Shown here one piece after another: positions 56,192 through 64,000 of a stretch of DNA of 64,000 nt (positions are counted from its first letter, which is position 1; every line of letters begins with the position of its first letter). The stretch spans positions 124,001 through 188,000 of the IMG/VR virus record IMGVR_UViG_3300036781_000418; one strand, written 5' to 3'. The notes under the pieces are model-generated. The model ran no database searches, had not been told where the DNA came from, and saw nothing but the letters and a program-made list of their open reading frames with translations. Both the position numbers and the translations under genes were made by a program.

Positions 56192-57934
56192 ATGGGAAAA
56201 CTGAAGACACTCCCCAAAGCCATCATCGGACTTATCGTCATCGGTGGTGTCGCTTTCGGAGTCAACACCGCCATCAACAAAGGCTACTTCAAGCAGAAAA
56301 CTGAAGTGGCCGTCCAGGTGCCGGACAAGATCGACGGCCTTGGTGGTGGCATCACCTCCACCGCACCGAAACCGACCGCAACCACAGCCATCAACGTGAT
56401 GGCCGCCACAACGGGTGAGACCCTCCGCGTGAAGACCATTCCGTGGAACGGCACGCTTGGCCTGATGCACGCCCAAGCGTCCGGCGCCTTCCGTGCCCAC
56501 AACCTCAACGTGGACATCAAGCGTGAAGACGACTACTCCAAGATGATCGCCGACATGGCGGCCTTCGCGAAGGATCCGACGCAAGGTGTTCACTTCACGG
56601 TGATCATGGGTGACGGCCTGCCGGCCTACATCATCGGCCTGAACGAGGCGCTCAAGCCCTTCGGTCAGCAGGCTGAAATGATCGCGGGTATCGGCTACTC
56701 GCGTGGTGAGGACAAGTGCGTGATCGCGGACGAGGCCAACCCTCGCGGTGCCCTGATCGCCGGCGTCCTTGGTGACGGCGACATCAACATCTGCATCAAG
56801 TACGCCGCGGACAACGCCATCCCGATCAACGCCAACCCGAAGACCTACGACCCCGACGCCATGAACTTCATGGGCACCGGCTCGTTCGTTGAAGCGGACG
56901 AGAAGTTCATCTCCTCGGCCCGCAACAACTACAAGGGTGGTGCGTGTGAAGAGCGCAAGAACACGAAGACCGGTGACAAGCAGACGGTCTGTGTCACGGG
57001 CTCGGCCACCTGGACTCCCGGTGACGTGAAGGACTTCAGCGAGCTGAAGAAGCTTGGCAAGTCGCTTCGTGTGATCGGCTCTACCAAGGAGTACGCATGG
57101 CAGATGCCAGCCGCGATCATCGGCAACAAGACGTGGATGGCCAACAACCGCCCGACGGTCGAAGCCTTCCTCGCCTCCATCCTTGAATCCGGTGAGAAGG
57201 TCCGCGGTGACAACCAAGCGCTGATGGTCGCCTCCGCCGAACAGGCCAAGGTGATCGGTGAGCAGGACGCTAGCTACTGGGCTGAAATGTTCAAGGGCAC
57301 GACGGACGTTAGCCCCAACGGCAAGACGATTCAGCTTGGTGGCTCCACCACCAACGGTCTCTCGGACGCGGCCTTCATGTTCGGCTTGAACGGAGCGGAC
57401 GACCTCTACTCCAAGGTGTACAACGTGTACGGCAAGATCTCGGTGAAGTACTTCCCCGACCTCATGCCCGGCGGTCTCCGCCCATACGGCGACGTCGTAA
57501 ACAAGTCGTTCATCCAAGCGTTGCTCGCCAAGGCCACCAACGTCGCGCAGGTCGACAAGCCGGTTTACTCCAGCACGACGACTGAAACCTTCGCGGCCAA
57601 GTCGTACGCCATCGAGTTCGAAACCGGCAAGGCCACCTTCTCGCCCTCCGCGGTCAAGGTGCTGAACGACCTGTTGGATCAAGCCGCCGTGACGACGCTG
57701 AACGTGCAGATCAACGGCCACACGGACAACACTGGTGATTCTGGCACGAACATCGGGCTGTCCAAGGACCGAGCCGAAGCGGTGAAGAACTTCCTGATGA
57801 AGAACGCACCGTCCACCTTCACGGCCGAACGTGTCCAAACGCGCGGCTACGGTGACACGCAACCGATCGCGGACAACAACACCGTCGCGGGCAAGGCCAA
57901 GAACCGCCGCGTTGAGGTTATCCTCCGCAAGTAA
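56192..57934 (+). CDS. ABC-type substrate-binding domain fused to a C-terminal OmpA/MotB peptidoglycan-binding domain
   Basis: N-terminal TM anchor and an NMT1/THI5-like body (YSRGEDK, TWTPGD); C-terminal FETGKA, INGHTDNTG, NIGLSKDRAEAV, RGYG and NRRVE. Confidence 0.88.
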   Translation: MGKLKTLPKAIIGLIVIGGVAFGVNTAINKGYFKQKTEVAVQVPDKIDGLGGGITSTAPKPTATTAINVMAATTGETLRVKTIPWNGTLGLMHAQASGAFRAHNLNVDIKREDDYSKMIADMAAFAKDPTQGVHFTVIMGDGLPAYIIGLNEALKPFGQQAEMIAGIGYSRGEDKCVIADEANPRGALIAGVLGDGDINICIKYAADNAIPINANPKTYDPDAMNFMGTGSFVEADEKFISSARNNYKGGACEERKNTKTGDKQTVCVTGSATWTPGDVKDFSELKKLGKSLRVIGSTKEYAWQMPAAIIGNKTWMANNRPTVEAFLASILESGEKVRGDNQALMVASAEQAKVIGEQDASYWAEMFKGTTDVSPNGKTIQLGGSTTNGLSDAAFMFGLNGADDLYSKVYNVYGKISVKYFPDLMPGGLRPYGDVVNKSFIQALLAKATNVAQVDKPVYSSTTTETFAAKSYAIEFETGKATFSPSAVKVLNDLLDQAAVTTLNVQINGHTDNTGDSGTNIGLSKDRAEAVKNFLMKNAPSTFTAERVQTRGYGDTQPIADNNTVAGKAKNRRVEVILRK

Positions 57935-57977
57935 AAGTTACACGCTATGGTCGGGTTCCCTCCCTGACCATCTTTAT

Positions 57978-58006
57978 AGGACGAGTCGAAAGGCTCGTCC
58001 TTTTTT
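57978..58006 (+). terminator. Rho-independent terminator
   Basis: aggacgagtc-gaaa-ggctcgtcct followed by T6. Confidence 0.85.
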
Positions 58007-58024
58007 GACTCGTGAGCACCACCA

Positions 58025-58115
58025 GACGGCGACCGGTTGCACCCGAATATACGATGCACAGAGCACAACACCGTAGCCGGCCAGTGCCTCAGACGTCGCC
58101 TCGTGTCGCCGAACG
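58025..58115. ncRNA. Candidate structured element, copy B
   Basis: Reverse-complement homolog of 34833-34933. cggcgac and gtcgccg can close the domain. Confidence 0.45.
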
Positions 58116-58136
58116 ACGTACACCTGAATTCACTCG

Positions 58137-58165
58137 TTCACAACGGCTTGGCCGATCGTTATGAT
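58137..58165 (+). promoter_or_regulatory. Sigma70-like promoter for the permease/ATPase genes
   Basis: TTCACA-N17-TATGAT. Confidence 0.6.
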
Positions 58166-58194
58166 GGTCGAGCGTGTACTAACCGAGATCAACT

Positions 58195-58974
58195 ATGAAC
58201 GTTCTTGAACCCTACCACCTAGGACGGCGCTTCAACCTGAAGCTGCTGTCCGGCATCTCAGCTGGCGTGATGTTCGTCGCGTGGATGCTGGCTCCCGCCT
58301 CCACTGGCATTCCGTCGCCGCTCGCCATCGCGATAGCGTGGAACAACATGGCCTTGTCACAGGGCCTGTTGATCGAGCTGTTCAACTCGATGGTGGTGAT
58401 CTGGCAGGCCCTGCTGTTCTCCGCCATCCTGTCATGTGGCATCGCCTTCCTCACGACGGCCGACATCTTCAAGGGTGTTGGGACGTTCATCGCCTCACTC
58501 CGGTTTCTAGGGTTTGCCGGCCTGACGTTCCTGTTCACGCTGTGGACGAGCAGCGGCACGTCCCTGAAGCTCGCGCTCCTCACCTTCGGCATGACGGTGT
58601 TTCTGACGCGCTCCACGATCGACGTGATCAAGTCCATTCCGCAGTCGGACATCGACTACGCCCGTTCACTCGGGCTGAGTGGCTGGCGACTCGCGTGGGA
58701 GGTTGGTGCTTGCGGCAAGCAGGCGGACATGCTCGACCTGGTGCGCCAGAACGCGGCCATCGGTTGGACGTTGCTCTCCATGGTGGAGGGCCTTGTCCGA
58801 AGTGAAGGCGGTGTCGGTGCGATGTTGCTCAGCCAGAACAAGTACTTCAACCTCAGCGCGGTCTTCGCGATCCAACTCACCATCCTCGCCTACGGCATTC
58901 TGCAGGACGTGGCGTTGAGTTGGATCCGTGGCGTCATCTGCCCGTGGACGCGCATTAACCGGAGCGACGAATGA
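58195..58974 (+). CDS. ABC transporter permease (NitT/TauT-like)
   Basis: About six TM segments and an EAA-loop-like IDYARSLGLSGWRLAWEV. Confidence 0.85.
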   Translation: MNVLEPYHLGRRFNLKLLSGISAGVMFVAWMLAPASTGIPSPLAIAIAWNNMALSQGLLIELFNSMVVIWQALLFSAILSCGIAFLTTADIFKGVGTFIASLRFLGFAGLTFLFTLWTSSGTSLKLALLTFGMTVFLTRSTIDVIKSIPQSDIDYARSLGLSGWRLAWEVGACGKQADMLDLVRQNAAIGWTLLSMVEGLVRSEGGVGAMLLSQNKYFNLSAVFAIQLTILAYGILQDVALSWIRGVICPWTRINRSDE

Positions 58975-59366
58975 CCTTCGTTATCATCAACACCAACTTG
59001 GCGGTTCGCCCGGTCCGTGATCACCCCATTCCGAATCACCGTGACCGACTTGAAGTGCGCCCCCACCTGTGGAAGAACGAAAAAGGAGATGGGTGGTACT
59101 GTGCACGGAAACCGGCTGGCCACTCATACCCAGAATACTCGATCAACGGCATGGCGCCCACGGCGCTTGAAGCCTGGGCCAGGTGGAAGATACGAGACCA
59201 GCGCCGAGTTCGCATTCCTCGCGCTGGCATTCAGAACAAGCGTGATACGCGCAACTGGTTCTTCGACGGTTGCTTCTACATCAGCTCCTACATTTCGCAT
59301 GAAGGAGTTCTGCGCATCATCCACGGCTACGACCCAATCACCGACGAACTCATCTTGAGGGGCTAA
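58971..59366 (+). CDS. Hypothetical phage-type protein inside the ABC operon
   Basis: 131 aa, ATGA-coupled, rich in basic and aromatic residues. Confidence 0.5.
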   Translation: MTFVIINTNLAVRPVRDHPIPNHRDRLEVRPHLWKNEKGDGWYCARKPAGHSYPEYSINGMAPTALEAWARWKIRDQRRVRIPRAGIQNKRDTRNWFFDGCFYISSYISHEGVLRIIHGYDPITDELILRG

Positions 59367-59367
59367 C

Positions 59368-60162
59368 TTGAACTACGAGAAACACGAGCGACTCCTGACG
59401 GTCGACCACCTCAACCTGCAGTACGGTGAGAAGATCATTCTGCGTGACGTCAACGTCTGCATCGACAACATCACCCGCCCTGACACGGTGCAAGGCCAGG
59501 TGGTCGCGCTCCTTGGCCCATCGGGTATCGGTAAGACGCAGCTCTTCCGCTGCCTGTCGGGCATGCAGCAAGCGACCAACGGGCACGTGCTCATCGGTGA
59601 TCAGCAGCTGCAAGTCAACGGTGGTGAGGTTGGCGTGGTGCAGCAAGCCTACCCACTCTTCGCCCACCGTACGGTGCTCAGCAACCTGCGCCTGGCCGCC
59701 AGAAAACTTGGCAAAAACTCCGAGCCGGAGATTGAGCGGCTGCTCACCCACTTCGGACTGCAGGACAAGAAGAAGTCCTACCCCACCGAGCTGAGTGGCG
59801 GTCAGCGCCAACGCATCGCGATCATCCAGCAGCTGCTGTGTTCCAACCACTTCCTGCTCATGGACGAGCCGTTCAGCGGCCTTGACGTGATGGCGAAGCA
59901 GCGGGTGTTCGACACGATCCGCACCGTGAGTCAGGCTCATGACCTGAACACGATCATCTTCACGACACACGACCTGGAGGCGGCCGTGAACTTGGCCGAC
60001 AACATCTGGGTGCTTGGCCGAGTTGAAGGCCAGCCGGGCGCGACGATCGTGCAGCAGATTGACTTGGCCGCGGCCGGCCTTGCATGGTCGCCGGACATCG
60101 AGCACCACCCGAAGTATTGGCCCATGGTGTTGCAGCTCAAGGAGCTGTTCAAGCACCTTTAA
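59368..60162 (+). CDS. ABC transporter ATPase (NitT/TauT-like)
   Basis: GPSGIGKT, VVQQ, LSGGQRQR, LMDEPF and TTHD. TTG start. Confidence 0.93.
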   Translation: MNYEKHERLLTVDHLNLQYGEKIILRDVNVCIDNITRPDTVQGQVVALLGPSGIGKTQLFRCLSGMQQATNGHVLIGDQQLQVNGGEVGVVQQAYPLFAHRTVLSNLRLAARKLGKNSEPEIERLLTHFGLQDKKKSYPTELSGGQRQRIAIIQQLLCSNHFLLMDEPFSGLDVMAKQRVFDTIRTVSQAHDLNTIIFTTHDLEAAVNLADNIWVLGRVEGQPGATIVQQIDLAAAGLAWSPDIEHHPKYWPMVLQLKELFKHL

Positions 60163-60245
60163 CCTGGTCCGTGAACCTTCATTCGTGCATGTTCGAACGA
60201 CGGCTTACGGACTAAAATGAAGTACCTTTAACTAGGAGGCGTGTA

Positions 60246-60515
60246 ATGAAGCTTAAGACTTTCCCGAAGGTTGTGATTGGTTTGGTGGTGCTCGGCGTGG
60301 CCGGCTTTTTCTTGTCCAAACAGGACTTGAGCAAGCTCGTTCCGCCGAAGAAGGTCGAGGTGGTGGAGCAACAGCCCGCCCAAGACAGTCCACCGGTCGT
60401 GCAACAGCAAGAACCCGTCCAGCAGGATCCGCCTGCCGCTCAGCCGGCGCCGCAGCCCGCTCAACCAGCACAGCAGGACGCCGGTTTGGCGGCCGTGCTG
60501 GGCAAGAAGAAGTGA
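60246..60515 (+). CDS. Small membrane-anchored Gln/Pro-rich protein
   Basis: N-terminus MKLKTFPKVVIGLVVLG is homologous to that of 56192..57934. AGGAGG RBS. Confidence 0.65.
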   Translation: MKLKTFPKVVIGLVVLGVAGFFLSKQDLSKLVPPKKVEVVEQQPAQDSPPVVQQQEPVQQDPPAAQPAPQPAQPAQQDAGLAAVLGKKK

Positions 60516-60523
60516 GGTGAACC

Positions 60524-61150
60524 ATGGTCACACGTGCAAAGACAAGCACACCAGCCACGCTGGACAAGGCCACCAAGCCACTTTGGACTGCCTTGGACCC
60601 TGAGAACTACAAGGGTCCGAACTTTGACAAGGAACCGCTGAAGGGCCTTGGACTGTTGGTTCGCGACGAGGTCACCGGCTACACTGGCATGGTCACTCAA
60701 GTCAGCGTCCTGCTGAGCGGTAACGTCCAGTTCGCCGTTCAGCCGTCCTCCACCGACTGTGGGGTGACAATGCCCGACGCGATGCAGTTGGACGTACATT
60801 CGCTCAAGGCCGTCGGTGATGGTCTGTCGAAGACCGTCATCAAGGTGCCGAATCCGACGACCATTCCGCTCGGCGTCGAGGTTGAGGACATCATCACTGG
60901 TATTAAGGCGATAACGACCCAGAAGACCACGTTCATGAACGGCTGTGAGGTCTTCTTGCTTGAGGTCGCGTTGAAGAACCGCCAGCCACTGACGGAGTTT
61001 GCCCACCACATCAACGCCATCCGCCTCAAGGTAACTGGCAAGAATGACAAGACCAAGCAGCTCAACTTGCCGCCCGCTGACGACCGGGGCCGCCCTCCTG
61101 GTGGACCGAGCAAACGGCTCACCCACACTCCCACCACACGTCTCCGTTAA
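60524..61150 (+). CDS. Hypothetical protein with a tandem-duplicated small beta domain
   Basis: LGLLVRDEVTGYTGMVT..LSGNVQF versus LGVEVEDIITGIKAITT..MNGCEVF. Confidence 0.65.
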   Translation: MVTRAKTSTPATLDKATKPLWTALDPENYKGPNFDKEPLKGLGLLVRDEVTGYTGMVTQVSVLLSGNVQFAVQPSSTDCGVTMPDAMQLDVHSLKAVGDGLSKTVIKVPNPTTIPLGVEVEDIITGIKAITTQKTTFMNGCEVFLLEVALKNRQPLTEFAHHINAIRLKVTGKNDKTKQLNLPPADDRGRPPGGPSKRLTHTPTTRLR

Positions 61151-61159
61151 GGACCAACC

Positions 61160-62050
61160 ATGAAGAAGACACTTTCCCTGCTGCTCGGTGTTGTGCTGAG
61201 CATGGGTGCCCACGCCGCCTCAGTTGGCATCGCCAGCGGCAACACCACGGGCACCAACTACCCGATGGCCGAGGACATCAAGCGTGTGTGCAGCACGCCG
61301 CAGTCGCCGATCTATAACGTGGTGTCTGACGGTTCGGTGGACAACATCTTCAAGATCTACAACGACAAGTCCGTCCAGTACGGCATCATTCAAGCCGACG
61401 CACTGGTCTACCAGCAAGGCATCGACAAGAAGATGATGAGCAACATCTTGATGGTGTTCCCGTTCTTCTCGACGGAGATTCACCTGATCGTGAAGGACGG
61501 TGCGCCCATCACCGACATCAGCCAGCTGCGTGGCAAGCGCGTGGTTGAAGGTCCTGAAGGTTCCGGCACGTGGGTGACGGTGCAGGTGATCAAGGCCCTC
61601 ACCGGACTTCAGTGGACCGCCATCAACAAGAGCCAGCAGGACGGCTTCAACGCGGTGATGAGCAACCAAGCGGACGCTGAGTTTATTGTGGCTGGCGCGC
61701 CAATCAGCCTGCTGCAAAAGTCGACTGGGTTTCGCCTCGTGCCCATCAAGCACCCAGCGCTGGACGGCTTCAAGTTGTACACGAAGACGATGCTGAGCTC
61801 TGGCATGTACCCGTCGGTCCGTGGCACAGTGTCCACGTACAAGGTGGACAACGTGTTGGCGACGTACGCCTTCAAGAACCAATACCAGCGGGAGATTGGC
61901 GACCTCGTGACGTGCATCGCGAGGAACATCGGTGAACTCCAGCAGACTGGACATCCGAAGTGGCGTGACGTCGATCCGGCGGATATTAACCGGATTGACT
62001 GGCCTGCACATCCGGCCGCCGTCGCCGCCATCAAGCGCGTTTCCCGGTAA
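61160..62050 (+). CDS. TAXI-family TRAP solute-binding protein
   Basis: Signal peptide, IASGNTTGTNY, SDGSVDNI, YGIIQAD, TEIHLIV, QLRGKRV, GSGT and DAEFIVAGAP. Confidence 0.85.
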   Translation: MKKTLSLLLGVVLSMGAHAASVGIASGNTTGTNYPMAEDIKRVCSTPQSPIYNVVSDGSVDNIFKIYNDKSVQYGIIQADALVYQQGIDKKMMSNILMVFPFFSTEIHLIVKDGAPITDISQLRGKRVVEGPEGSGTWVTVQVIKALTGLQWTAINKSQQDGFNAVMSNQADAEFIVAGAPISLLQKSTGFRLVPIKHPALDGFKLYTKTMLSSGMYPSVRGTVSTYKVDNVLATYAFKNQYQREIGDLVTCIARNIGELQQTGHPKWRDVDPADINRIDWPAHPAAVAAIKRVSR

Positions 62051-62067
62051 ACACGGACTTCTCCTCC

Positions 62068-62100
62068 GTCGGCCCGAACCTGTGAAGGTCTCGGGCCGAC
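62068..62100 (+). terminator. Long GC-rich hairpin after the TAXI gene
   Basis: gtcggcccga...tcgggccgac perfect 10-bp arms, no U tract. Confidence 0.45.
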
Positions 62101-62601
62101 TCGTCTCCAGATCTGGCCCGTTACACTCGAGTAAGTTTTACTACCTGCCGGCGGCCCCGAGTAAGACTTACTTAAATGTGTAACAAATAGGCGTTGAAGT
62201 AGTAACTTTTACAGCGCTATGTTATAGTGGTTCCATCACTTCATAATATGGCGTGTAATAAGCCCGGACAATAAGAAAGCCGGGTAGAGGAGCTCTGTAG
62301 TACCCCTTCCCGTTACAAAAGATCGTCATCACGATCCGGCGTAGCTGTACGCGGAAGCTCAGTTTTGACCGAGTAGGGTAGAAGTTTGCCCTTGCGAAGC
62401 GTTTGTCGGTCCAGTTAGTTATTGCTTAAGTTTGAGTGGCAGAATATCGAGGCCATATTATGGTTTCGATAATGACGAATATTATCTAGATCTGAACCCA
62501 AATTCAGAATCGAAATAAGTGCAGTTTCTATGTTTGTGCTTCGAAATATACGTTAAGATGCTACTCGCAATCACAAACCTTTTGCTCTAAGGCCCACTGC
62601 A

Positions 62602-63219
62602 ATGTCTGATGTGAACACAGCCCGAGAAAATGGCAAGAAGATCCTTCTGGTCTCTTCGCCAGTTCAAGCAATTCTGATGAACAAAGTGCTGATCGATGAG
62701 ATTCGATCCGGCTTTTGGGCGAATCACCGACCATCCGGCCATGGTGATCACTGGACTGAAGTCGAAGCGATCGTGTCGACGGACGGTCAACTCGGTCCGA
62801 TCAACTGGTCGGCACCACGCACCTACAACGTACTCAACCTCGACTTCTTCAACCCCAACGCTGACAAGCTCGTCGCGCTGGCCAAGTCCGTGAAGCCGAA
62901 CTCCAACGAGCGCTCCGTCAAGAAGGAGCTCATCGAACTTGGTCGCATCATCGGCGGCCGCCTGGCTTCGCGCACCTCCGAGCCGATCAAGCTCGAACGC
63001 GGCAACCACAAGCCTGGCACCTTGACCGCCTCGGTCCGCAAAGCCCGTGAAGCTGGTTGCACCTTGGCCGACGTGATCGCCCTCTCGAAAAGCGGTACGG
63101 CCGCCGCGAGCGTGAAGCCGAAGACGACCACCGTCAAGAAGCGCGTTGAAGACGCGGGTCTCGAACTTACCGGTGCGATCGCTGGTCCGATCACCCACGT
63201 CGCCGCCCTCGCCGAGTAA
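62602..63219 (+). CDS. Hypothetical protein with basic C-terminus
   Basis: 205 aa with phage codon usage. Confidence 0.7.
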   Translation: MSDVNTARENGKKILLVSSPVQAILMNKVLIDEIRSGFWANHRPSGHGDHWTEVEAIVSTDGQLGPINWSAPRTYNVLNLDFFNPNADKLVALAKSVKPNSNERSVKKELIELGRIIGGRLASRTSEPIKLERGNHKPGTLTASVRKAREAGCTLADVIALSKSGTAAASVKPKTTTVKKRVEDAGLELTGAIAGPITHVAALAE

Positions 63220-63289
63220 ACCTCTGGCGCCTCACAACGGGCCGTAGACCATGTCGGTTCACGGCCTTTGTTTCATCTAGGAGCACACC

Positions 63290-64000
63290 ATGGACTTTGC
63301 CATTTTCAAGGCGGCGGTCTCGAAGCGATTCGAGTTTCTCGCCAGGCACTCGCTGTTTCGCGTCAACCTCGACGCTGACAACGGTCAAGGCACGATCATC
63401 TCGGGCCGCGACCGCATCTGGGCAACCTACCTGAGCGCCTTTCCGGCCGGCGCGGACCCCATCTTCCGTGAACGCACGGAACACGACTGCAACTGCTGCA
63501 AGTCGTTCATCCGCGCGGTCGGCAACTGCGTCGCCATCGTGGACGGCAAGTTGGAAACCCTCTGGGACCTGAAGGTCAGCGATCCAAACTACCAGATCGT
63601 CGCCGACGCGATGGCCGCCTTCGTGCGCAACGGCAAGGTGACCGACATCTTCCTGCACATGGAGTCCACGGCTGGCCGTGACAAGACGTTTGAGCAAGTC
63701 CTCGGCGGCGAGAACATCACGTGGAACCACCTCGCTGTCACGCTGCCGCGCGACACGGTGGTGGACAAGCATGACATCCCGTCGACGCTGAACGGTCCGC
63801 GCGACGACCACCAAGTCCTGCACCGCTCGCTCACCGAGTTCAGTGTGGAAGCCTTGGACATCGTGCGTGAGCTCATCGCGCAGAACTCCCTTTACCGCGG
63901 TGAAGAGGACAAGTACGCCACGACCGAGTTCCACAAGCTGAAGACGGTGTTCGACACCCTGCTCACGGACCAGGCCAAGGACCTCTTCGTCTGGACGAAG
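63290..64000 (+). CDS. Hypothetical phage protein (partial, runs off the window)
   Basis: Manual translation: MDFAIFKAAVSKRFEFLARHSLFRV...YLSAFP...RERTEHDCNCCKSFIRAVGN; AGGAG RBS. Confidence 0.75.
   Translation, partial: MDFAIFKAAVSKRFEFLARHSLFRVNLDADNGQGTIISGRDRIWATYLSAFPAGADPIFRERTEHDCNCCKSFIRAVGNCVAIVDGKLETLWDLKVSDPNYQIVADAMAAFVRNGKVTDIFLHMESTAGRDKTFEQVLGGENITWNHLAVTLPRDTVVDKHDIPSTLNGPRDDHQVLHRSLTEFSVEALDIVRELIAQNSLYRGEEDKYATTEFHKLKTVFDTLLTDQAKDLFVWTK

Noticed and set aside
54294-57862. Long antisense ORFs (54294..56009, 56186..57862; also 8051..9031, 53028..54032, 47881..48753)
   Set aside because: They are shadow frames of strongly codon-biased genes on the opposite strand, with no recognisable motifs, RBS or promoter.
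58060-58095. Glycine- or TPP-riboswitch resemblance (GAG..ACACCG..CTCAG; CTGAG)
   Set aside because: Key invariant segments (CCGAAG, CTGAGA, ACCTG) are missing or not shared by both copies.
62070-62092. Resemblance of CCCGAACCTGTGAAGG to group II intron domain I
   Set aside because: It is fully explained as a simple hairpin, and there is no domain V, GUGCG 5' end or reverse transcriptase in the window.
1-64000. CRISPR array or phage mini-array
   Set aside because: No equally spaced 25-40 nt direct repeats seen in any intergenic gap; the only repeated element found has two distant, diverged copies.
1-64000. tRNA, tmRNA or rRNA genes
   Set aside because: No cloverleaf with a GTTCRA T-loop found by eye in the gaps. 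The CCACCA at about 58019-58024 lacks a T arm. A tRNAscan/ARAGORN run would be definitive.
1-64000. Stop-codon recoding (alternative genetic code)
   Set aside because: Core genes are full length under code 11 and end in TAA, TGA and TAG (for example nrdA ends TAG); no systematic fragmentation.

Overview
A 64-kb segment of a large, GC-rich T4-like (myovirus-type) bacteriophage genome, most likely a jumbo phage. The host is probably Gram-negative, because the window encodes an OmpA-type peptidoglycan-binding domain and a lipobox lipoprotein. It contains no bacterial housekeeping operons. Order along the window: (1) baseplate-hub-like gene and a tape-measure-like gene; (2) T4-type head module (portal, prohead protease, scaffold, major capsid); (3) a late-transcribed cluster of probable internal head proteins carrying protease-type (L/I/V)-x-E sites, including two modular polyprotein-like ORFs and a protein kinase; (4) large terminase; (5) SSB, UvsX, UvsY-like and UvsW; (6) GH108 endolysin; (7) class Ia ribonucleotide reductase and glutaredoxin; (8) an Acb1-like anti-CBASS 2H phosphodiesterase; (9) dCMP deaminase, a DnaE-like polymerase split over two distant genes, GroES-like protein, clamp loader and DNA ligase; (10) a dispersed RNA-repair-like set; (11) an 8-kb membrane/transport locus (coiled-coil proteins, substrate-binding-OmpA fusion, ABC permease and ATPase, TAXI-type binding protein). 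TAAATA late-promoter boxes precede most structural and several other genes. Two unexplained non-coding patterns were read directly from the sequence: a roughly 90-nt structured element present twice in opposite orientation (34.8 kb and 58.0 kb), and three sigma70-like promoters whose -10 box lies in the loop of a perfect 12-15 bp inverted repeat. All family assignments come from visually recognised motifs; no database searches were run.
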